A stretch of 64,000 bases of DNA, taken from the NCBI GenBank assembly GCA_907165135.1, contig OU015570.1:930001-994000 (forward strand), given 5' to 3'. Both the position numbers and the translations under genes were made by a program. Source of the stretch: Oikopleura dioica. Taxonomy: Eukaryota; Animalia; Chordata. Shown here piece after piece: positions 38,654-51,094 of the stretch. A model generated the notes under the pieces. It ran no database searches. It saw only the letters and a list, made by a program, of their open reading frames with translations, and was not told where the DNA came from. The stretch's first letter is position 1; each line of letters begins with the position of its first letter.

Positions 38654-39512
38654 TAGGGGGTGCACAGTGGGAAAATCGAATTTTTTATCATCCTCTTGTA
38701 GGGATGAATAATTTATCGATAAAAAGCCCATGATCCACTGATCATTTTAACATGTGACTTGGGCTCATTAAAGGTCACGTGAGGTCACATGAGGTAAAAA
38801 TCTGATAGTTTTTCAAAATCGACGTAACTAGGGTTTCTTTGCATGATTTTGATCGCTGATGATCACTGATCACGAGAATTATCATAAAGCACTCATCCGG
38901 GTCCATCCTGAGCCATCAGAGCAAAAAATGAAAAAATGAGAAAAATTACATTTTACTATAAAAATTTTCTAGAAAATATTCCTGAATATTAAATCTTGAG
39001 AATAACCAGAAAACTATTAATATTTTGAGCAAAAAACATTTAATAAGAAAGGGAGCAGGTGGGGTTGGGGACAACACTATGATAATAATCAGAAAAGTTA
39101 AGAATTTGGGATCAAAGGCCTTTGTTAAGCCCATTTAAAATTAAAAGCCAGGGACGGGGCTGAGACGGCCCTAATCTTAAAAAATATTTTTTTTTGGCTT
39201 TACGGAGCATTTTTCCACCAGAGAAGTCCTTCGGGTGACAAAAAATGACTCACGCTAGATCACATGATCTGTGTTCATCAATTTACGGGGAAAAACTGGT
39301 CTGAAAAAAATTGTCATCGTCGGGATTCGAACACCCCACTTGGCTGAAAAGTAAAGGATTTTGCTTAAGAATCGGCTCTAGAATTTTTTGCCGGAAAGTG
39401 CCCGAGTTCATTCGCACACCATTAGAAAGGAAATTTTTTGCTTAGTTAAATAACTAAAAATCACGAGGGAAACTTTTTTTTGGAACTTTTTTTTCCCACT
39501 GTGCACCCCCTA
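38654..39512. mobile_element. hAT MITE
   Basis: TIR TAGGGGGTGCACAGTGGGAAAA, 8-bp TSD GCGATACC. Confidence 0.85.
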
Positions 39513-40167
39513 GCGATACCCAAAAGGTGGCGCTCCGGGGCGAGAAGCTTATGCCGCGACGCGTTTCGAGTTTTCGCTACGAGCGAGCCCGCGCTCTAAC
39601 CAATTGGAAAAGAAAAAAAGGAAGGCGAATGGTGATTCGAACGCGCCCCACTCAAAAGGCTCTTTCCTATGAGAAACCCACTGCGCTATTCAAACTTAGA
39701 CTTAGGGTTAGGGGTAATAGGCGACATTTGGAAACCAATCGGCAATCTTCAACACGTAGGTTGTCTTAAGCTGCCAAACTTTTTGATTTAAATTAAGGCC
39801 TGCTATTCTGAATCTGCAATAATGGTCGAGAACTCAATTTTTATCGTCCCTGGCTACGAAGTCTATAGTTCCATAGGCTATGGAGATCATTATGCAATCG
39901 AACGACTGGGAGATTGGAAACTTCTCTCGTAGTTGCTCTCTTCGTTACTGCAGGAAGAGGACTCTGTTTGGGGCCGGTTCTATTGTCGTTTATTCAGTTA
40001 TTTTGCAGAGTGTGTGTAGTAGAAGGAAGGGCAAGGCTCTTTCAAGTGCGCAAGGCGCCTGGTCTAATGATAAAAGATAAGGACGGGGAGAAGTGAGCTC
40101 GGGAAAATTCCGATCTCTACACCCCTCTGAAGAACGAGAAAAAAGGCGAAATTAATCAGCAAGAATT

Positions 40168-40566
40168 CAGTTAATTATGGAATTTTGGACATTTTCTGTC
40201 CCAAGATTTTCGCAAAAATGTCCGAAAATTTGATACACGCGGCCAAAAAAATGTCCCATCCAAATCGCTTAAAAAATTTTTTTTGAGGAAAATCTCCATC
40301 ATTCTTTGTTTAATCCTTTTTCTAAAGACAAAAAATGTTTTAGGGGTACGAGATCAACCTTCAATCTTATCTTTCTCAAAGAAAAAGTAAGATTTTTAAT
40401 AAGGAAAAACGTCATATCTGGCAAAAAAAAAACAGAAAATTTAAAAATTAGGCGCAGAAAATGTCCAAAAATTTGATACGGGCACTTTTGAAAAGTGTCC
40501 CAAGAAAACCCCTTAAAATAGCAAAAATGTCGAAAAATTTGATGTCCAAAATTTCATAAAAAACTG
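40168..40566. mobile_element. pogo-type MITE, inverted copy of 5061-5451
   Basis: High similarity over ~390 bp, CAGT ends. Confidence 0.8.
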
Positions 40567-41522
40567 TACATAAAGGATTAAAGGTATGAGCTTTAGCAAT
40601 CAATAGAAAAATAACGATTTAAAAATAGATTTTAAACACAGTGAAAAAGCGTTGCGACAGTTTGCAGGGGGAGAAAGGTAACTTTTATTAGTAAATTCTT
40701 TTTGTGTTTCTATGTTAGATTATATGATTTTTTGTTGATTATTTTTAAATTTAAATGATTTTTAATTTGTTTTTCTAAGATTTTAACACACGCGAAAATT
40801 ACGAAATAATATATATGCATCTCCTCTTCTCATCAAAAAGAAAAAGCTAGTAGTTGAGAAATTATTGCACGTTTTGTTAGCTAATAAGATGATGAGAAGG
40901 GATAATTAAAAACAACATTGAGGTTTTGAGGTTAATTATAAATATATAATAATTATAAATTATAATTTATAATAGAAAGAATCAGTCGATAATGATAGCC
41001 TGGTCGATAGCTTGGTTCTCGTTGTCGTCGTTGTCGTTCAAAGTGGTATTGTCCGAAGATTTGCTGCAGTCTCGTTCAATTTCCAACTCGGAACGGCTTC
41101 GAAATGGCGAAAATAATCGTTCCAGATTTTCAAGTCGTTCTTGGAATGACGTTATTGACTCTTTTAAATCCTTAATGACCGATGCAATTTGTTCTTCAAA
41201 TCTGTACAGAATTATTCCTTCTGCATGGGTATAAAGGTATTCTACTGTGACATCTTTACAGGAGCAGATTTCCATTCGGAATTCTGGCGTTTTGGCTAAA
41301 GCCAGAAGCCCTCCTTTTTCGCTTTTTCCACAGTCTATTTCGTTCGTTTATTTCAAGAGGGTCATGTCGAGTAATTTGTTTCTCGCGCCAAAGTCTGGTT
41401 TGTGGCATCAGCGATTCTGAATTATTCTGAATTTTACTTTCTTTGTTTTCTTTATTTTTCTCAGATTGAATCTTTAAATCTTGGGCTCTGACTTTTATTT
41501 CTAGTTTTGCCTTGCAATAGAG

Positions 41523-42721
41523 CAGGGATGGAAATATGACAGAATTTTCCGGCGGCACCGGCACGGCACGGCACAACCAAAATACCCGTGCCGCGGCACG
41601 GTACGGCACGGCACGGCACAAAATTTGATAATGGGGTGCCGCGGCACCACGGCACGGCACAGCACGAATTTGAAGCATATAACTTATTTATGAAGACGAA
41701 AAAATAAAAGCTGCTAGTGTAATTATAGAATTTTCGAAAGTTTAAATGAAAACCATAATAAAATCAAAATCTTGGATAGTTTTAATTTTTCAAACAATGG
41801 GTGAGGGTGGGGTTGGGGACGTTACTGAGATAGCAATGTTCCAAGCCAATGTCAAGCCCCTTAAATTCAAAAATCAAGGAACGGGGCTGAAACGGCCCTT
41901 CGGGCCGTCAAGCCCCTTAAATTCAAAAATCAAGGAACGGGGCTGAAACGGCCCTTCGGGCCGTCAAGCCCTTAAATTCAAAAATCAAGGAACGGGGCTG
42001 AAACGGCCCTTCGGGCCGTCAAGCCCCTTAAATTCAAAAATCAAGGAACGGGGCTGAAACGGCCCTTCGGGCCGTCAAGCCCCTTAAATTCAAAAATCAA
42101 GGAACGGGGCTGAAACGGCCCTTCGGGCCGTCAAGCCCTTAAATTCAAAAATCAAGGAACGGGGCTGAAACGGCCCTTCGGGCCGTCAAGCCCCTTAAAT
42201 TCAAAAATCAAGGAACGGGGCTGAAACGGCCCTTCGGGCCGTCAAGCCCTTAAATTCAAAAATCAAGGAACGGGGCTGAAACGGCCCTTCGGGCCGTCAA
42301 GCCCCTTAAATTCAAAAATCAAGGAACGGGGCTGAAACGGCCCTTCGGGCCGTCAAGCCCCTTAAATTCAAAATCAAGGAACGGCTGAAACGGCCCTTCG
42401 GGCCGTCAAACCCCTTAAATTCAAAAATCAAGGAACGGGGCTGAAACGGCCCTTCGGGCCGTCAAGCCCTTAAATTCAAAATCAAGGAACGGGGCTGAAA
42501 CGGCCCTTCGGGCCGTCAAGCCCCTTAAATTCAAAATCAAGGAACGGGGCTGAAACGGCCCTTCGGGCCGTCAAGCCCTTAAATTCAAAAATCAAGGAAC
42601 GGGGCTGTGCCCCGGTGCCGCAACCAGATTTTATTCTCCGGCACGGCACGGTACGGCACGTGCCGTGCCGTGCCATGCCGCTGTGCCGTGCCGTGCCGTG
42701 CCGCTCAGATTTCCATCCCTG
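41523..42721. mobile_element. hAT (Ac-like TIR) non-autonomous element carrying a tandem array
   Basis: TIR CAGGGATGGAAAT, 8-bp TSD CAATAGAG (41515-22/42722-29), subterminal CGGCA pentamers. Confidence 0.9.
41852..42607 (+). repeat. ~13 tandem copies of a 56-bp unit with an ACGGCCC-TTC-GGGCCGT hairpin
   Basis: Unit GCCCCTTAAATTCAAAAATCAAGGAACGGGGCTGAAACGGCCCTTCGGGCCGTCAA; no variable spacers. Confidence 0.95.
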
Positions 42722-43308
42722 CAATAGAGTGCTGCTGAAACGGCGGATTTTCGTGATCCAGGAGGTAAGCAAATACCTCAAGAGTTCGAGTGTCAGTGCT
42801 GTACTTCAGTATCGTCGCAGTTGGTGATAATGAATTCCCTGCAAATGGCAATTTAGAATTTTCAGGAGCCGGATTCTATGACTGATTTTGCTCGTTGTCG
42901 TTATCAGACAGCTCAAATTTTTGCTTGAACTGGCGGACTGGATGTTAATGAAGATATCGTCGGAGTGGTGTCATATTGGTTCCGGTGGAGCGCAGATGGC
43001 GCGTTCATGGGCTACGCAGAAAGCTTCGCAATATGTGAAACGATGACTCCACGAGACGACGGAGCTTTTAAAAGACGTTTCAGGTTTCTTCTCTTCGAGT
43101 TCTGCGCCGACGAAGTGTGCCGAAATTTTCTTTCTTAATTGAGGAGTTTCTTAGTTTCTTTCAAATTGGATATCATTAAGCTTGTTTTCCGGCAGCCAAG
43201 GTTTGTCAGTGACGTCATAATCCGATTTTTTGTAAATTGCACATTTTTTGTCTGCGCGCGCAGATAGGTTCAATCAATCATTAACGGGTTAACAATGCGT
43301 GCGGCGCA

Positions 43309-43577
43309 GCGGCGAGGTGTGAAGTTGGCAGCAGCGTGACGCGACGGAGTGGTAGGTGATGAAATTGGCGTTGAGTCTGTCAGGCTCGCGCGCGTCGGAC
43401 GCGGCAAGGTGTGAAGTTGGACATGCAGTGGCGCGACGGAGTGGTAAGGGACGAAAGTGGCGCTAAGAATGGCAGCGTTGCGCGCGTCGGGCGCGGCAAG
43501 GTGTGAAGTTGGACATCCAGTGGCGCGACGGAGTGGTAAGGGGCGAAAATGGCGTTTTGGCAGGCGTTGTGCGCGCC
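43309..43577. repeat. three GC-rich ~91-bp tandem repeats
   Basis: GCGGCAAGGTGTGAAGTTGG...GCGACGGAGTGGTAAGGG three times. Confidence 0.85.
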
Positions 43578-46500
43578 AGCGGAGTTAAGTGTGGCGCTGA
43601 GAGCTTCAAATTAGTGAAATAAGTGAGCGTGGCGAAGCTGGCAAGACTGTTAAGCGCGACGAGAGAGAGGAGTTGTATATGATTTCTGTTGGTTAAGAGG
43701 TTGTATTGGCGAAAGCTTCTAGTTTGTTGCTCAAGTGGTTGATTTTCTTGATATTGATTTCCTTGACTTCTGAAACAATTGAAAATTTCCTTTTTTTAAT
43801 AGACGTATTTGAAGAGAAAGAACAATATCGTTGCGACTGATATTACTGTTTAAATCGCCATAGCATAGAATGAAAGCGGTTGTACTTTTCTGTAGATTTC
43901 CGATAGCTCGGAATGAACAAGATCCTCGGTTCTTTCGAGTAAAGAATAAATTTTTTGCGAAAAGTAACTTGTTCGGTTTAAAAATTTTCCAATTTACAAA
44001 TACTCTGATTTCGATATCCATTGTTCGGCTCTAGAACGGATTCATGAGTATTAGTTTGTTGTTTCCAGAACAATTTCTTCAGTCGTCAAGATCGGAAGTG
44101 TCAGAATTTTGATCCACACATAAGAGCTTGTGAATTAGTTCGATCGAGTAAAGTGACGGTCGGTTCTTTTCCTGCAATTTCCTAATTTGTTTAATCCCTA
44201 ATTAGTAGGGTTGCAGTTTGAAATGATGAAGCAAAATTAGAGACGGTGATGCTTGATAAATGCAGGGCGATGTTGACTGGTAGAATGCTGATTTTGAGTA
44301 TCTATGTCTGACAAGAAATTCATGACAGATAACTGGTATTGAACGTAAATGTCATTGACCAGCTCTAAGAATATTCTATCAGACAATTTTCCATGTTCTT
44401 CGCATTGCCTTTCAGTAACTGTGTTCACTGTCTCGTAGATTTGATCGAATTCGAAATCAATTTTTTGAATATCAGATTGTTCGAGTTGTGTTCGATCTTT
44501 TATGCTGAAGCGACGACATCTGGACAGTTTTGCGTACATTTTCGATTTTTTCATTCTGCTTTCTGTCCATGATTTTGTTCGTAACAAAGCTCGTCGCTCC
44601 AGAAAGCAATATCGGCACACCAACGGCAGCTTAAATTTGAGCTTGACGCCTTCGACGGCTTCTTGGCTTTCTGTGAGATGGCACCATTTGATACTTGACG
44701 TCGTATTTTGTAGTTCCATGTTCGGCGAGAAAAGTTTTGAAGGTTTCGCAGTTGTTTTTACTAAGCTTGATTGAGAATAGTAGAGAATATCGTTCGATAC
44801 AGTCGAGGCAAAAGAAGCCGCTAGCCACTTCACAATTAACTTCAATATAATCTTCGAGATGGGTGCGACATTGAACGACAAAAGGTGGTTGCCTTGGAAT
44901 TGTCAGTGAATCTTCCATATATTCCAATCGTGTGGATAGGTTTTGACAGTTCGATGATTGATTGCAATTCAAATGCATCAGAACAGGAGTGTTCTGGCAA
45001 CCGAATCTTGTGTCTTACACTTCCATTTCGATAAACGTTTTCAAGCAACGAGTGTAATGTCTGGTTCTTCAAATACGGCAAATAAGTGTGTAAATTTTTG
45101 AGTGAGAAGTGTTAAGCCAGAGTTTGTTCGCGGTTGCAATTGCGCGATTTTCTCCTAGATCGTTGAACAGACTTGATTCTAAGTGGGTGATAATGCCAAG
45201 AATATTTCCTTCAGAATCTGCTTCGTTGGTCGCTGTTGTTGTTTTTTCGGTGCTTACAGATTCAATTGCTGATTTTATCGTTGCTTTGGTCGTAGTGATC
45301 GGTTTTTCATCGAATTCGCTAACCGTTTCATTCATCGATTCATCATAAAGCAGAAAGATTGCTTCGATTCGAAGTGATAAGCAGGATTACGTTTCGTTTA
45401 TATGATCAGCATTGATGACTGTTGGACCGAGGAAGTTGACAGAGAGAGAAGCAGATATTGTGGGCATAGTTGTAACTTTTGTAAGGCCCACATGATCCAG
45501 AATTTGCGACGTTACTGAACCTTCGTTTGATTTCCGTAAACATTCGTCTTTTAAATTGTCGAAAGCATTTAATATGAAGATAACGCAGTTAAATTTTTTA
45601 GAGGACGTGATTCGAATGACGTGCGAATTTTCCAAAGAAGAACATTGTTCAAAATGAAATTGCGAAAATTAAGTGCTCTTTAAGCGACAAAAATGCTTTC
45701 AAACAAACAGGAGCTCGATGATTTTTTGGGTGGTTTGGACAGGGCCGTCAAGCCCCTTAAATTTGAAAATCAAGGGACGGGGCTGAAACGGCCTGAAACA
45801 TTAATTTTTGTCAAAAAAGAGTCGAAAACCATTGAAAATGGTGTATAAGATGTAAATTTTTGATATTTTGGGGTCAATCGAGGTCATGTGACCTCAGATG
45901 ACCTTTTATGTTCGTTTATTTAAATCAGCATCAAAAAACAATCAAAATGATGTATGGGACATTATAGTTCCTTGCAGAAAGAAACGAAAGGTCATTTGAG
46001 GTCAGGTGACCTCGACTGACCTCAGACGAAAAAAAGGAAGAAAAATGACGTCGATTCATGGTAAAATCGACGTTTCTATCAATATTATATGTAATCGCTC
46101 TATATCTGGATGAATTACGTAATATTACGTAATAATGACTCATCACTAGAATTTATAAACCTCACTAAGCCACAGATTAGACCCTAAGCTACAATTTGCA
46201 CCCTTTGGGGACTCTCCATGATGGATATTCTCGGAGAAAATGGATCCCCTAACTTCTGTGACATTTAAAATAAACGCTGTCTATGACAAATATTAGCAAA
46301 ATATTGAATAATTTTTTCGATATGGAGATGAAAGAAAACAATTCTTTTGTAAAGAGTCTTTATGTTTATCGCTATATGAATCCTACAGTATGATAAGTTT
46401 AAACACGATTGATAACTGTGCAATTATTTGAATATAGGATTCGGATTAGCAGATGCATGGCTCGGCGAGCACGGATTAGCAGCTTAGGAAGCAGGAGCGC

Positions 46501-49500
46501 CATGACCTAGTTCTAGAAGCGGGAGGTGACAAAGGCGCAAGAGAGCGAGTAAGAAAAAGGAGCTGCCAAGAATCACGCAATTCAGTTCCAAAATTATAGC
46601 CCCAGGCTATAATCTATATAGGGAAGGTTAAGAGAATTTTGAGAGCCTCAAACTCGCACAGCCGAGATTTTCAAACAAAACTCTCAAAAAACTCACCCAC
46701 CTTCCATCCCTAGATGAGAAACGATAGTATGTAGGCGAAACGAGCACACGCTTACATACTACCCAAACCTTAACCTAGATTCTAAAGTATCACTTTAAAT
46801 CGTTCCATAGTATAGTAATTGCGCGTGCTCGGGAATATTACTGTTACCATATTCATTAATGCGTGATTACTTAACTAAGATAGGAACTTGAGAGGAACAT
46901 AATTGCTACTCAATGAAAAGTATTAGACTGAAATTATGTTCTTCTTTAGATCCTATCATATTGAAAACATGCTTATGCAAGACCATAATTATTCTTTTAT
47001 TTCAATCTCATGTTATCGCTAATAGCGATTCGCTACTATAGAAGTTTACCTGGGGTATGTACTGAGGGAGAGAGCTGGGAATGGTTTGGGCCACTGAAAC
47101 TGGCAGCATACTCGGAACTGAGGGCATCAAAGGGAATGTTCGTTGAGCGAGGGACCAAGGCATCTGGACGGGAGCGACCATTGGCGGAATCGAAGGAGCA
47201 GTAGGTGGAGAGTTTTGGAATACTCCTTTCGGATCCTGGACTAAAATCCTGAACAATCCAGTTAATACTACTCTTTAATGACGAAAGTAAATGTCATTTG
47301 CTGGTAGACGTACTTGACATTATGACGGTGGTTTGCTTTCAGGTGGCGAATGGCCTGGAGGATCGTCGTAAAAGTCGTCTTTCCTTTACAGAAAGTGCAG
47401 CTATAAGCTTGATGTCGCCGCTGATTTTTCGTAATAACAAAGTATGGAGTAAGGGTAAAACATCAAATCGAAGCGGCGCGCCACGCTTGATCAGCGCCCC
47501 GCCGTGACCTACTTTTCAAGAGGCCGTAACTCCTGAACGGATAAATTTTTCTCCGAACTTTCTTTTGAATTGACATGATAAGAGCCTTATCCAAGAGTTG
47601 GTATAAGTCTATCTCCTCATGCAATTTTCGTCCTTTTTTTTCAAATAAGGATAGTTTTGTAGAGCACCGTTTGAAGAATTATAATTTATGCGTTACTTTT
47701 TACATAGAAGCTAGGGAATTCCTCCAAAGTTACCTCTGTCGCGCCCAAGGAGTGCAACGTGAGAAAAAAGCGGTAACGACGCGAGAGTGGTAACTTTGGA
47801 GCCCCGTTTTAAAATCTGAAAGGTTGAATTTAAAAAATTAAACATAAATTATTATTTGTCTAAGAGAGCTCTACAAACTATCCTGGTTTGAAAACAACGG
47901 ACAAAAATTATGGGAGGAGCTAGAGTTTAACGAACTCTTGCCATATTTTCTAACTTCCTCGCTGACGATTTCTATGAAAATTGCCATATTAAAAGAAAAG
48001 GCTTTGATTATCATAATTCAAAAAAAACTTTAGACCCATTTGGTCTAAAGTTTCCATGGGAACTTTGCTGGCTTTGGTACTGCTTGCGGCCTTGTTGCTG
48101 TCATTGATTCTGAAAGCTTTCTCGGCCAGTTCCGTTAAAAGAATTCAAATAACCTCCTCTTGATTGCTGACTTATAGCCATTCTACGATATTCCTTTTTA
48201 AAATGGCCTCTTTTACCGGAATCATGGCATTCTGGGAGAAGACGGCATTCTTGACGAATATGGCCCTTTTTGCCACAATTTGAACATTTTGATTGAGATG
48301 ACGAGCCATTTTTCGGAGGTCCTTTTGTTTGTTGTCCGAAAATGTGTTAACCGATCGCTTGCTTTTGTGAAGGTTGTACAGTCGGTTAGCAAATTGGACT
48401 CTTCTCATCGGATCACTGTCATCGTAAACGTCGAGTCCCCAATTTTTCGAATTTCTAACGTACTTTGGAATAAGCTTTAATTTAAATATTCCATACTCGT
48501 GGTGAGGAAACCTTCTTTGTCCAAACTTAGATATTTGATCTTTGTCAACTTCATGATTTTTCGAAAAATCGTTTAAGGTCCTTGTCGCGAGACTCTTCGA
48601 ACTTGAGATTGGCAAGGGACATGCTCGCTTCAGATTCATCGATTTCTAACTCGTCATCGAGTACAGATAGAAGGTCTTCATAATTTTTATTCGTTGTTTG
48701 GCTGAAGGACTCCAATATCGGGCCAAATGACTTCGTCGGAATATTTTCCAATATAAGCTGACATTTTTCTTTATCAGTCAATGGCCGCTTTCGGGAAAAA
48801 TTTATCATAAAGATAACCTTGGAAGCCCAGTCTTTTTTTCCAAGACCTGATTCTTGGAATTTTGGAATTCGGTGATTTTTCCATTTTTCAGCCAAATTGT
48901 CTGGGTAGTAGGGGGTTATCATTCGGGCTTCCCCTAAGGCTAATGCTAACCAAGGGGGCTACGCTCCCCGGGACCCCCCACCTAAGGCCGAAAGCAGGGG
49001 TTTTTCGCCCCTCGGACCCCCTTTAGAGTTCTAATTGAGTAATTAACAAATCCGGGTAATCCTTCGTCTGTGAGATGTAGGAGTTCTTCGACGTCTAATA
49101 GCGATCTTCTTTTTCTGAGACTTTCGTTAGTTTTAAAATCGTGGAGTAGTGTTGAAAAAGCTTTAACTTGATTGCTGTAGACTGTCTCGAAGTTCGATCG
49201 GAATCAAAAAGAATCGTCCGCGATATGTAGAAAAGATAAAGACAATGTATTCAAGATTCAGTTCTTTCGGGCGTTCAACAATTTCAGCGTCTGTAGGTAT
49301 TTGATTTGTTTGCCTGTAATTCGTCTGTGTATCATCGTCTTCGTGAACAAATGGAAGCAATTACAACTGCTGTCTTATTGCAGCTGAAATTTTAATCGTA
49401 TAATGCAACGCTTTGTTTATAACTGTTGAAGCATCTGTCATGAAACATAAACCCTTTTCCTTATTTGGCTCTCTGCTTCGGCGCAAATTCGTCGCGAGGT

Positions 49501-49603
49501 CACAAGATGAGAGATTGGAAACTAGAGGGTTGGCCCGCAAATTCGTTATAAAATTGAGAGCCAGATATCAATACTTTCTAATTTTTTTTATTTTAAAAAA
49601 ATT

Positions 49604-49774
49604 TGATTTTCGTAAAAGTTTATTGGCAAGCTTTCGGCATTTCGCCATCATCAGGCCACTAAATGGTTCAATAGATACAGAAAAAAATACAAAGGACTTA
49701 CGTCTATTGAACCATTCAGTGGCCTGATGATGGCGAAATGCCGAAAGCTTGCCAATAAACTTTTACGAAAATCA
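49604..49774. repeat. near-perfect hairpin, ~72-bp arms, ~27-bp loop
   Basis: TGATTTTCGTAAAAGTTTATTGGCAAGCTTTCGGC... and its reverse complement, with one mismatch. Confidence 0.85.
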
Positions 49775-50254
49775 CTAAGTTCACATGACCAACTCTTCAA
49801 CTATTCGGCGATGATCGGCGTTTCGACTCAGTTCGAGTGAAAAAGGAGCGATTCAGTGGGAAAGGAGCATCATTTCCTTTGAGACTATCCATTCGATTTT
49901 CACATCAAATTTTAACACAAGAAACAGAGTTTACTAGTGTTTAAAAGATTAACTTCTTAAAATTAGCAAAAACAAAATCAACTGACAGCTAATCAACCGG
50001 GGCTTAAAAAGAGTTTTTTCGGAAGTCGCACAATTCGGACCCGAACAATTCGGCCCTTTTTCGACATATCGCGAAAACAAAAAAGGGCCAAATTGTGCGA
50101 GTGTACTATACTATAAAACGTCAACTTCAATAACGATTTAAAAAAATAGTAATAATTTTTCATAAACTTATAAAAATTAATAAGGGTCAGGGAAAGGGTT
50201 TTCAAATTATTTAATAAGAACCATAAGAAAACATTTTAACGGGTGAATAAGAAT

Positions 50255-51094
50255 AAATTGGGAAAAGGGAGAAGGAGAGGTTTGGGACTGGATCCGGCCT
50301 CTGTCAAGCCCCTTAATTAAAATTTGCCAGGGTTGGGGCTGAGACTTAAATTAGAATAAATTATAATTTGTAATTTACTCAAAATATAATTTATTAAAAA
50401 AAGAAAAGATTTTTATTTAATTTGAATTTATATTTTTTTTTCTTCTAAATTAATTTCATTATTTATAGATTTAATTAAATTATTAATTCATTTAATTAAT
50501 AAAAATAAAAAAACCTTTTTTATTTTCAAATAATTCTGAGCGTGGTATTCCTTCTTTTTACGCCGCGCTCACCCTTAGACTTCTAAATAAGGTAAGTGAG
50601 GCGCTGCACGCGCGGCACACCGCAAAAAGGCTCATTCTTGAGCTTTCTTATCCAATTTGAACATGTTCTCGTCGTCTTTCAAATTTTTTTATTGAAGATT
50701 AAAATAAAAATCCCCCCTTTTACATAACTTGAAATTATAAAATTTTTTCAATCGATGGAGAAGGCTTTTTATCAGCCTATTTTGGCAATTTACTCCTCAA
50801 CTCTTTTTCAAATTTTATGAAAAAATAATTTTATATATTTTTTTAGGGCATCCAAATAACCCCTTAAAATTTTATATCATTTACAGTGGCGTTTGCGGTT
50901 GCCTTCCTGTTGGAGCGTCCCTCGTTGCCTCGCTATCTTGACGCTCATTTTCTAGAAGGGCGCATTAAATCGAACCAGAAATCGTCCCGCGTTGCCTTCC
51001 TCTCTAGACGTTTGGATACTATCCTATTAGGGAGGCAACCGCAAGCGCCACTGTACTTGATGGATAAAGTTAGAATTTTTGTGTACGGACCCTA
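50255..51094. repeat. dispersed hAT-like non-autonomous element; diverged inverted copy at 63109-63765
   Basis: Shared TAGGGTCCGTACACAAAAATTCTA end and colinear internal similarity. Confidence 0.7.

Larger units (their letters stand above)
40982..49360 (-). mobile_element. heavily degraded retroelement relic D: gag-like (48172-49360), env-like (~43730-45635), GC-rich repeats, terminal accessory ORF remnant (40982-43250)
   Basis: Gag-like IPKF..W..K..LTDKEKCQLILENIP. Cys-rich and Thr-rich env-like fragments. No pol and no paired LTRs were seen. Confidence 0.45.

Noticed and set aside
39879-40121. Solo LTR on the minus strand (TGTAGAGATC..GATCTCCATA)
   Set aside because: No matching TSD or partner copy in the window; unsupported.
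41852-42607. CRISPR-like array of palindromic repeats
   Set aside because: Units are identical end to end with no unique spacers, there are no cas genes, and the array lies inside a eukaryotic hAT element.
46380-47010. Possible solo LTR within relic D
   Set aside because: Termini and TSD could not be defined.
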